This document shows positions 1 to 7,551 of a stretch of 18,478 bases of DNA, in pieces; within the stretch, counting starts at the first letter, position 1, and each line of letters begins with the position of its first letter. The translations under genes and the position numbers were made by a program. Source of the DNA: Promethearchaeota archaeon (lineage in GTDB: Archaea > Asgardarchaeota > Lokiarchaeia > Sigyniarchaeales > SOKP01). The notes under the pieces were generated by a model that searched no databases, had not been told where the DNA came from, and saw nothing but the letters and a program-made list of their open reading frames with translations. The DNA lies in the NCBI GenBank assembly GCA_011364975.1, contig RDOE01000065.1:1-18478 (forward strand), in the 5' to 3' direction.

Positions 1-93
1 TTCATGTTTAAACTTGATTTAGGAATTTATAAAATTTTACTTATTTTTGAAAATTCTTAGTCATTAAAAAAAATTGTAAAGAAAAATTAAGAT

Positions 94-1083
94 TTAGAAT
101 GCGATATCTTGACCAATCTCTTCCAATGTAGCTCGATCGTAAACTAATTTAGCAACAGCAACATCCTGAGCACTAATACCAACAGATTTAAAAATAGTTA
201 TGTCCTGATCAGAAATCCTCCCTTGCTTTTTTCCAGTAATTATTTCTCCAATTGAAATAATATCATCCTTTTTGATTAAACCTTCATTGATGGGAATAAT
301 ATAATCTCCTGCTTCTGCTAAACAAGCCTCTTTTAGACCTGCAGTTAAAAGATTCGCTTTTTGTATCGTTTTTGAATCTAGTTCGCGAGCTTCGGGTGCA
401 TGTGCGCCAATCGATGAGATATGTACTCCGGGTTCTATATCATCTCCTGAAAATAGCGGAACTATACTAGTTGTTGCGGCTACTATGATATCAACGCTTT
501 TAAGTAACTCATTTCCAGATTTCGCTATTTGTATTTCTATTCCTAACTCTTTTTGTAGTTCTTTTCTGAATTCTTCAGCAGACGCCTTATTTAAATCATA
601 GACTATACACTTTTCTAAATTTCCATTCAGCCCCCAATATACTCCAGATACTTGCTTTCTTGCTTGAACTCCCGCACTATAAATTCCTAAAACCTTACTA
701 TTTTTTCTTGCAAGATATTTCACTGAAACACCTGTTGCAGCTCCTGTTCTCATTGCTGTAATTAAGGACCCATCCATTATTCCAACAATATCACCTGTAT
801 TTATGTCTTGTACCATAATTTTTGCTAAAACCGTAGGCATATTATACTTCTCAGGATTTTTCTTGTACACTGAGACAATTTTGGTTGCAAGCGCATTCAT
901 TTCACCACCAATTATACCAGGCATTACTAAAGTTAACCCGGGTGCTGGATCGGTTATAGCTATTCTTTGAGGTACTAACGCATTTCCAAGAGTTAATTGT
1001 TTATAGGCTTCTTCAACATACTTTATTGCGTCTTGCATATTTAAAAGTTGAGCTACGTTTTGTTTTGTTAAAATTCTTACCAT
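94..1083 (-). CDS. Ornithine cyclodeaminase / mu-crystallin family protein (archaeal-type alanine dehydrogenase-like)
   Basis: 329 aa with family motifs LVMPG, ATKIVSV, ITAMRTGAA, HISSIGA and FKSVGISAQD. GTGA SD-like motif at 1091-1094. Substrate not determinable. Confidence 0.9.
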   Translation of the reverse strand: MVRILTKQNVAQLLNMQDAIKYVEEAYKQLTLGNALVPQRIAITDPAPGLTLVMPGIIGGEMNALATKIVSVYKKNPEKYNMPTVLAKIMVQDINTGDIVGIMDGSLITAMRTGAATGVSVKYLARKNSKVLGIYSAGVQARKQVSGVYWGLNGNLEKCIVYDLNKASAEEFRKELQKELGIEIQIAKSGNELLKSVDIIVAATTSIVPLFSGDDIEPGVHISSIGAHAPEARELDSKTIQKANLLTAGLKEACLAEAGDYIIPINEGLIKKDDIISIGEIITGKKQGRISDQDITIFKSVGISAQDVAVAKLVYDRATLEEIGQDIAF

Positions 1084-1213
1084 AAATGATTCACATAAAG
1101 TTTTTAATTAATTTTATTTTGAAAATAAATAAGTTTTACCTAGAGATACTTATATCAATTTTTTAAAATGCATTATAAAAATTAATAGTTATTCTACAAA
1201 TTATTCAAGAATT

Positions 1214-2509
1214 TTAACTTAAACTATGAATAATATCTGGTATTTCATCAAAAGATTGTGTCCATATAGGATATACTCCCATTTCATAATAGGGGATACT
1301 AATTGATTCTAGTTGATCTATTGTGGGAATCTTACCAATTAAATCTTCAGGTAATTTTAGAATCGCGAAGTGAAAACGACCAGGGTACTGATTTTCAGCC
1401 TCACGTAACATCCTGTTCATCGACTGATCCGTAAAAGAGCATCCTACGTATAATGCTATGTGAACTGGATTCGCAAGATAACGTTTTAATACTTCTTCAA
1501 TAAGTCCTGTCTTTTGGCCTGAATAAACTTGATAATATTGAGCCGTTGAAAATATAAAATTAATATTTGTAATTTGGAAAAGGTCTTGGGGAGTATAACC
1601 ATGAAGATGATAAATGGGTACGTGCCAATTGTTATTTTTTGCTAACTGGTTATAAATCGTTTTCACCTCACTATTATCCATTAACCACGCAACATAAGGA
1701 ATCTGAATTTCCTTTAATGCCGATTCCATTAAATCGTCAAAATTGTAATTAATTATCGATTCTACTCCTGGAAAAATTCCTGGACCGCGTTCAGGGACCA
1801 TTTGTCCATATGATAAATCTGCAATTGCTTTATGAATTTCACTTGGTTTTGAAGCTCGTGAATATATGATTTGTGTTAAGTGTTGAAATAAGAATTGACC
1901 AAATAAATCATAACATAACTGTGCTCCTTCCATTAACATTTCGGTGTCAAATTTCTTCTTTTTTATTGATTTTAGTACTTTTTTGGCCTTTTTTTCATAT
2001 TCCGGCTTGAATCTTTCTACTTTAACCACTTCTCTTCTTACTTGTATATGTTCGGGGGTACTATCTGGGGTAGGGACCATTCTGGAAATTTCGTGCCCTT
2101 TTTCTAAGGCGGTTTCCAATAATACTTGGACTAGTTCAGGCCATGAGGGCCCCCCCGCAGCTATGGTAACTCCTGCGCCTATAACAAATGATAATGCGCT
2201 AGATCGACGAATCATTCTTAAAAGCCCAATGTCAAGATCACGTTGTTTCCATCCCATCTCCTTTCTTAGATTTTTTAGAAGAGGTAAAACACGTTGAATC
2301 TGTGATTTTACATTTTCTATTGCTACAAAAGGACCTGAAGACATTCGATAAAGTCCATTTATGTATGTAGCAATTTGAAAATATGTTACTCCCGGAGGTT
2401 CTGTTTTACTTAGATTTAACAAGAGGTCATCATTACCCTTATAGAGCGCTTCCTGCCAAGCTTGCTGTTTTTGTGATGGTCCAATATACATAGAATTTAC
2501 CTCACTCAA
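1214..2509 (-). CDS. SIR2-like domain protein (SIR2_2 type, putative NAD+-consuming enzyme)
   Basis: 431 aa, TTG start. Motifs FVIGAGVT..AGGPSWPEL, INYNFDDLME, IYHLHG and LYVGCSFTD match SIR2-like domains. No zinc-ribbon cysteines of classical sirtuins. Confidence 0.82.
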   Translation of the reverse strand: MSEVNSMYIGPSQKQQAWQEALYKGNDDLLLNLSKTEPPGVTYFQIATYINGLYRMSSGPFVAIENVKSQIQRVLPLLKNLRKEMGWKQRDLDIGLLRMIRRSSALSFVIGAGVTIAAGGPSWPELVQVLLETALEKGHEISRMVPTPDSTPEHIQVRREVVKVERFKPEYEKKAKKVLKSIKKKKFDTEMLMEGAQLCYDLFGQFLFQHLTQIIYSRASKPSEIHKAIADLSYGQMVPERGPGIFPGVESIINYNFDDLMESALKEIQIPYVAWLMDNSEVKTIYNQLAKNNNWHVPIYHLHGYTPQDLFQITNINFIFSTAQYYQVYSGQKTGLIEEVLKRYLANPVHIALYVGCSFTDQSMNRMLREAENQYPGRFHFAILKLPEDLIGKIPTIDQLESISIPYYEMGVYPIWTQSFDEIPDIIHSLS

Positions 2510-2538
2510 TTAAAATTAAGTCAATTTAAATTAATTAA

Positions 2539-2562
2539 GTATAAATGTAAGACTTTACATTT
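2539..2562 (-). promoter_or_regulatory. Putative TATA box overlapped by an 8-4-8 inverted repeat upstream of the SIR2-like gene
   Basis: Minus-strand TTTATAC at 2539-2545, about 30 nt upstream of the start. AAATGTAA-gact-TTACATTT at 2543-2562. Confidence 0.45.
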
Positions 2563-2709
2563 TAATTAATTGATTTTTTTATACGGAATTAACTATAAGA
2601 ATTGATGATTTAATATACGCGTGTTATCTTTGTCTAATGAAATTTTAAGCAAAAATCTTGATTGTCTTAATTTTCTCAAATTGTAAAAATAAAATATAAA
2701 AATAGAGTC

Positions 2710-3663
2710 TTATTCCTTATTTTTTTTCCCCGACTTCTTAAGTTTCTTCTTTTCTTTTTTTTCCGCGCGTAATCTTTTCTCTTTTTCAGTAAGTTTCACT
2801 AAAGTTTCTTCGCCAAATTTCCTAGTTAATATAATTGCGATTGCCCAAGTTATTAATGCTGTTATTACTCCACCTGCACTATCGGTAACTCCTCCGAACA
2901 TGACCTGAGGAATGAAATTTAGTAATCCGTGGAATAGAATCATAATGAACACGCTTTTAGTATTATTATAAATCCATGTATAGATTATTGATACTCCGAT
3001 TGTACTCGCTGTAAAACCTATAATTGAAAGAATTGATAAATATGGTCCAAAATTTAGCTGAGTTAAATACAAATACAGTAAGTAAGGATAATGCCAAATT
3101 GACCACACAATCCCGAGTATTATGCTTGATTTATTTGCATTGTATTTTTCTTGTAGGGTTGGAAGTGCATATCCTCTCCACCCAGGTTCTTCTAAACCCG
3201 ATGTCAAGGTTGTATTAAGAAACATTAAAAATACAAATAAGGCAGACATTCCAGGATTAAATAGCTTTGTAACATCGGTGAATGAAAGTAAAGCACTAAG
3301 AAAGAAAATTACTAATGATAAAGCTATTATTATACCATACCATTTGATGTGTACTTTTACTTTTCCTATGCGTCTTAGTAAATCGATTAAACCTTTCCTT
3401 TTTTTAGTCATTGTTATTATAATGACAGCAGCTATGAATGGCCCATAAACGCCAACTTGATTAAGAATAAATGTAAACATATGTAGATCATCAATAAATC
3501 CCTCTGAAATCAATTGGTTAAAAGTCAAAATACTCGGCATATAGTAATCATTTAAAGCAGAAATTAATAGAGTAGGTATCCAAAAAAGCCAGGTTATCCC
3601 AATTGCGAGAATAAAATACTGGAGTAATGGGTTTTTCAATGATAATAATGATTGTTCTGACAT
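2710..3663 (-). CDS. CPBP family (Abi / CAAX protease type II) intramembrane glutamic endopeptidase
   Basis: Multi-TM protein with GLEEPGWRGY, WSIWHYP and ILFHGLLN motifs; lysine-rich C-terminal tail. Confidence 0.92.
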   Translation of the reverse strand: MSEQSLLSLKNPLLQYFILAIGITWLFWIPTLLISALNDYYMPSILTFNQLISEGFIDDLHMFTFILNQVGVYGPFIAAVIIITMTKKRKGLIDLLRRIGKVKVHIKWYGIIIALSLVIFFLSALLSFTDVTKLFNPGMSALFVFLMFLNTTLTSGLEEPGWRGYALPTLQEKYNANKSSIILGIVWSIWHYPYLLYLYLTQLNFGPYLSILSIIGFTASTIGVSIIYTWIYNNTKSVFIMILFHGLLNFIPQVMFGGVTDSAGGVITALITWAIAIILTRKFGEETLVKLTEKEKRLRAEKKEKKKLKKSGKKNKE

Positions 3664-3917
3664 TATTTCGTCTATTTTTTTTTGTTATTTATTAAATAAT
3701 ATCTTTCTATTTTAGCTTTTTAATTAGGAATTATAAAACAAAGAGGGATAAAAGTGATGTAGAATAAAGATTTAAACTGAAAGATGTTTAAAAAATAAAT
3801 TTAGTAGGAAATTATTTTGTTTAATCGTTTAAAAGATAATCTATTATTATGATATTTTCCTATATTTGCTCGATTTCAAGAAAATTTTCTTTAATAAATT
3901 TTATATTAATCTTTATA

Positions 3918-4304
3918 TTATTGCTTTTTCACTACACCTTTAAATGAAGGGAACTGCTTGAAGATGCTTGTATCTCCTTCGATCTTAGCAAAAATATTTA
4001 CAGGAGACGCTGCTTTAGGTTTATCATCTTTACTAACAGGAGTGGGTCCAAAGAATATGCAAAAACCCTTTCCATCCGGCCAGTAACCAACGTCTCCAAC
4101 CTCACAATCGACTTGAGGATTCTCTTTTCCGAGAGCTACAGGGATTTCTCCATATAATTCCTCACCCCATCTTGCTAAATTGATATTAAATGGTAATTTT
4201 TCCCAGATGGCTTTACAGGTTTTTGGATTTTTATCTAACAATAATCTAGCTCTAATTTGACCAATTTTTTCATTTTCAATAATAATATAATCCATAATTT
4301 TCAC
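3918..4304 (-). CDS. Cyclophilin-like fold protein (DUF369 / TM1367-like)
   Basis: PKTCKAIWEKLP, RWGEELY, GDVGYWPDG.GFCIFFGPTP and ASPVNIF motifs. GTG start at 4304, or ATG at 4295. Lies 18 nt downstream of the UroD-family gene, so likely co-transcribed. Confidence 0.85.
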   Translation of the reverse strand: MKIMDYIIIENEKIGQIRARLLLDKNPKTCKAIWEKLPFNINLARWGEELYGEIPVALGKENPQVDCEVGDVGYWPDGKGFCIFFGPTPVSKDDKPKAASPVNIFAKIEGDTSIFKQFPSFKGVVKKQ

Positions 4305-4322
4305 AGGAAGCGATAAATAATA

Positions 4323-5498
4323 TTAGTTAATTTGGATAGGATATTTGCCATATTTTTTTAATGTTTCGTGCATAACAAGAAAATTTTCTAATTTAATAGC
4401 AGGATTTATACTATGACCGGAGCTAAGGATAAATCCACCCCCAGGAGCTAGATTTTTTATTAATTTTTTCACATATCTTTCAATTACTTTATGAGATTGA
4501 TCAGCTAAATCTTGAGGTGAGACATTTCCAACAAATGTAATATGATCTCCATATTTTTGATGTAATTTGAAGATATCGTAATTAGGATTAGCTGTAGTGG
4601 GCTCAATAGGATGAATAAGGTCTACACCGCATTCTATGATACTTTCGAAAATATCAAGGATATCGCCGCAGCTATGTAAAAAGAATTTTACCCCCGCTTT
4701 ATGAGCTATATCGCACATTCGTTTTAACCATGGGAGGATATATTGTTCATAATATCTCGGGCTCATGAGTAGCCCATTTTTAAAACCATAATCATCCCCC
4801 ATAAAAATCATTCCATCTTCACCCCAATCAATGATTCTTTTAAGGATTTCTACTGCAAATTTACCCCGATTGTCAAAAATCTGTCGTAATATTTTTGGAC
4901 GGGCGAAAAATTTACTAAATTTATCTAAACCAAAACATTGCCAAGTACCTTCCATTATACCTCCAATAGAGGGAATAGTATATATCTTTCCTTTAAATTT
5001 TTCCTCAATTTGTTTCGCATTTTTAAAAATGGTTTCTCTTTTAGGATCATCTGGATTCATAGGAGGAAATTGCTCAAAATCCTCTATTGTATTAAAGGTA
5101 CCGCCCATATAATAAAGGATATCCATATTATCGGCAGGATTCTTTTTAAAGTGCATTCTTCTCCCATAATCGTCAATGATACCTTCTCGTTCATAAAAAA
5201 CGGGTAGACTTGTAATATATATAGGGCAAAGATCGATTCCAGCTTTCATATATAATTCAATTGCTGGAGTAAGAGTATCTGAAACCTTGCTAGATTTATC
5301 AATAAACTTTTTTAAAAATTTAGTATCACCCTTGAGAAGATCATATGTTTTCTTTAATAGATCTCCATTTCCTTGATATCCATATTTTAATCCGAAATGG
5401 GTATATATTTTTAAATTATCAATTGAAACCTCAAAAGAAGGAACTTGATCTGGTTCTTCATGGTTTACAGCTTTTAAAACTCTCTCTTTAGCATCCAT
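4323..5498 (-). CDS. Uroporphyrinogen decarboxylase superfamily protein (MtaA/CmuA methyltransferase-like)
   Basis: N-terminal ERVLKAVNHEEPDQVP, plus GDDYG, FLHSCG, FVGNV and PGGGFILSSGHSI motifs. This is the broad UroD/MtaA-like group, not canonical HemE. Confidence 0.87.
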   Translation of the reverse strand: MDAKERVLKAVNHEEPDQVPSFEVSIDNLKIYTHFGLKYGYQGNGDLLKKTYDLLKGDTKFLKKFIDKSSKVSDTLTPAIELYMKAGIDLCPIYITSLPVFYEREGIIDDYGRRMHFKKNPADNMDILYYMGGTFNTIEDFEQFPPMNPDDPKRETIFKNAKQIEEKFKGKIYTIPSIGGIMEGTWQCFGLDKFSKFFARPKILRQIFDNRGKFAVEILKRIIDWGEDGMIFMGDDYGFKNGLLMSPRYYEQYILPWLKRMCDIAHKAGVKFFLHSCGDILDIFESIIECGVDLIHPIEPTTANPNYDIFKLHQKYGDHITFVGNVSPQDLADQSHKVIERYVKKLIKNLAPGGGFILSSGHSINPAIKLENFLVMHETLKKYGKYPIQIN

Positions 5499-5628
5499 TT
5501 TTGACTTTTTAATTTTTTGCTTAGGTATAATAATGGAGTAATTATTAATAATTTTTGAAACCCACTGAAAATTTATGTAAAAAATTTAATGGGTTTTAAT
5601 TTCTATTTTTCCTATTATAGCACATATT

Positions 5629-6819
5629 ATGAACTTTTCTTTAGATCATTTTGATAAATACGTAGACCGAACACAGACTTGGTCTATTAAATGGGACCCT
5701 GATTACATGATTGAGAGATTTGGTACAGCAGATTTTCTCCCATTTAACCATGCAGAAATGGATTTTGAATGTCCTAAGCCCATTATTGATGCTATACGAC
5801 AGCGCAGTGATCATGGGATATACGGTTATACATTAGTCAAATCAGACTACTATGATTCTGTTATTCGATGGTATCAGCATCGTCATGGTATTAAGTTTTC
5901 AAAGGAAGAGATTCTCTATTCTACGGGCGTTGTATTTAGTTTAAGAAATGTTATCCAATTTTTTACGAATATAGGAGATAAAATCTTAATTTTCCCTCCG
6001 ATTTACAGACCTTTAGCGGAAGCAGCAACAGATCAAGCTCGAAAACTCATTATGGTCCCCCTTCGCCTTAAAGAAGGAACCTATCAAATGGATTTCGATC
6101 AAATTGAATATGCATTCCAGACTCATTCCATTAAACTAGTCATTTTATGTAATCCTCATAATCCAGTGGGTCGCGTTTGGACGCGCTCAGAATTGCAGCG
6201 TTTAGGTGATTTATGTTTGAATTATAACGTAATGATTGTTTCCGATGAAATTCATTGTGATATCCTCTCACAAGGATATCATTATAGCTCAATTGCATCA
6301 ATTTCTCCTGAATTAGGATTAAAAACAATTATGCTTAGTTCAATGACAAAAACATTTAATACTTCTGGTCTAAAAATCGCTAACATTTTTATTAAAAATC
6401 CTGAAATTAGAATACCTTTTTTCCGGTTTTTCGATAAAAAATTTATTTATGCTCCCAACGTATTTGGAATTCTCGGAATGCAAGCTGCATATAATCACTG
6501 TGCTCAATGGGTGGATTTATTGGTCCAATATTTGGATGATAACTTTCGTTTTGTGCAAGAGTATCTTACAAAACACGAGATGAATATTGACTTAATCCAA
6601 CGTGAAGGCACTCCGCTTATTTGGCTTGATTTCCGAAAAATTCCATTGGCTCCCGATCAAATATTTCAGTATCTCATTAAAAAAGCCCATATTATACCCT
6701 ACGATGGTAGGGATTTCACAGCGAATGGAGAAGGATTTCAACGCTTAAGCATTGGTTATCCTCGCAAAATATTAAAAGAAGGGCTCGATAGGATTAGGAA
6801 GGCAATCCAACTACTCTAA
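5629..6819 (+). CDS. patB: MalY/PatB family PLP-dependent C-S lyase (cystathionine beta-lyase-like)
   Basis: SIKWD, AEMDF, HGIYGY, LCNPHNPVGRVW, SDEIHCD and SMTKTFN (PLP lysine) motifs. Confidence 0.9.
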   Translation: MNFSLDHFDKYVDRTQTWSIKWDPDYMIERFGTADFLPFNHAEMDFECPKPIIDAIRQRSDHGIYGYTLVKSDYYDSVIRWYQHRHGIKFSKEEILYSTGVVFSLRNVIQFFTNIGDKILIFPPIYRPLAEAATDQARKLIMVPLRLKEGTYQMDFDQIEYAFQTHSIKLVILCNPHNPVGRVWTRSELQRLGDLCLNYNVMIVSDEIHCDILSQGYHYSSIASISPELGLKTIMLSSMTKTFNTSGLKIANIFIKNPEIRIPFFRFFDKKFIYAPNVFGILGMQAAYNHCAQWVDLLVQYLDDNFRFVQEYLTKHEMNIDLIQREGTPLIWLDFRKIPLAPDQIFQYLIKKAHIIPYDGRDFTANGEGFQRLSIGYPRKILKEGLDRIRKAIQLL

Positions 6820-6864
6820 ATCAAATATAGAGAGAGCGTTGAATTTAATAAAAAGTTAATTTAG

Positions 6865-6934
6865 GTTTGGTAAGGTGTGGCTAACCATTAAAAGTAAAAT
6901 ATCATGCTTGTTTTCAATTTTACTCTTTCCAAAC
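6865..6934 (-). promoter_or_regulatory. SECIS-like RNA element in the 3' UTR of the selenoprotein gene (circularly permuted eukaryote-type layout)
   Basis: mRNA reads GUUUGG A AAGAGUAAAAU UGAA AACAAGC AUGAU AUUUUACUUUU AA UGG-UUAG-CCA CACCUUA CCAAAC. This gives an 11-bp helix, a tandem G.A core, an AA dinucleotide, a 3-bp mini-hairpin and a 6-bp closing helix. It begins 7 nt after the stop. Folded by eye. Confidence 0.65.
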
Positions 6935-6941
6935 ACATTTT

Positions 6942-7409
6942 TTATATTTTCTCTAAAATTTCGAATAATATTTCGTTTTCAGGAATATCCGACATACTAT
7001 CTCCGTAATAAGCATGCTGAATGATACCTGCTTTATCCACAACTAAAAGTCCCGGCATCCTTCCTCCCTTTAACAATTTTATCTCTTGGTTCAGCATTTT
7101 TGGTACCTTTTTTGAAGGATCGTAGAAGACTGGGTATTTCCGAGCATATTTTTCTTCTAATTTTTTTGCATTTTCTTCAGAATCGGCTAAAATTGGATAA
7201 AGGTAGGTATCCATTTGTTCAAATTTCTCATAATCTTTTCTTAAATGGGCCGCGTGCCATCTACAATAGGGTCAATTTATATTTCGAAACAATACAATTA
7301 CTACTTTTTTCTTACCCTCTAGATCTCTTATATTTACAGATTCTCCTCTAGAATTTGGTAAGGAAAATTCTTGAATTTTCGTACCAACTAGTTGAAATTT
7401 ATCTTTCAA
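6942..7409 (-). CDS. Peroxiredoxin-like (AhpC/TSA, PRX-like2 / SelU-like) selenoprotein, 155 aa, Sec at codon 46
   Basis: The tracked 90-aa ORF extends upstream in frame through one TGA (7272-7274) to a TTG start at 7409, with GTGA SD at 7416-7419. Sequence: MKDKFQLVGTKIQEFSLPNSRGESVNIRDLEGKKKVVIVLFRNIN-U-PYCRWHAAHLRKDYEKFEQMDTYL... The TGA is the first position of a thioredoxin-fold (C/U)xxC motif. Confidence 0.92.
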
Positions 7410-7551
7410 TAATTATCACGCAGAAAGGTTCTTCTAGAAGGTATTTATTGCATCAATAAAAAATTTACTAGTAACTTTCTAATCATTTTAAGACAAGAAT
7501 AAATTATTTAATTTTAAAAAAAAATATTAATGAATATAAAAAAGTTATAAT

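Noticed and set aside
1-33. Possible start of a further minus-strand gene (ATG at 3-5, TTTATAAA at 26-33)
   Set aside because: Only one full codon lies in the window, so it cannot be supported.
2710-2790. Lys-rich tail of the CPBP protease as a special targeting signal
   Set aside because: Polybasic tails are common in AT-rich genomes and on membrane proteins; no CAAX or other motif.
5629-6819. patB as a recent horizontal acquisition based on CGN arginine codons
   Set aside because: The acyl-CoA ligase also uses many CGN codons; no clear contrast by eye and no mobility signatures.
6890-6927. 3'-UTR hairpin as a simple intrinsic terminator
   Set aside because: The stem is AU-rich, carries a tandem GA core and is nested in a larger closing helix. 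A terminator role is not excluded but explains less.
7272-7274. Genome-wide UGA reassignment (Trp/Gly)
   Set aside because: All other long genes are uninterrupted in the standard code and Trp is encoded by TGG where checked.
6942-7409. Peroxiredoxin-like gene read as a nonsense pseudogene or a 90-aa protein
   Set aside because: The only stop is UGA exactly at the catalytic Cys position, both halves are intact, and a SECIS-like structure follows.
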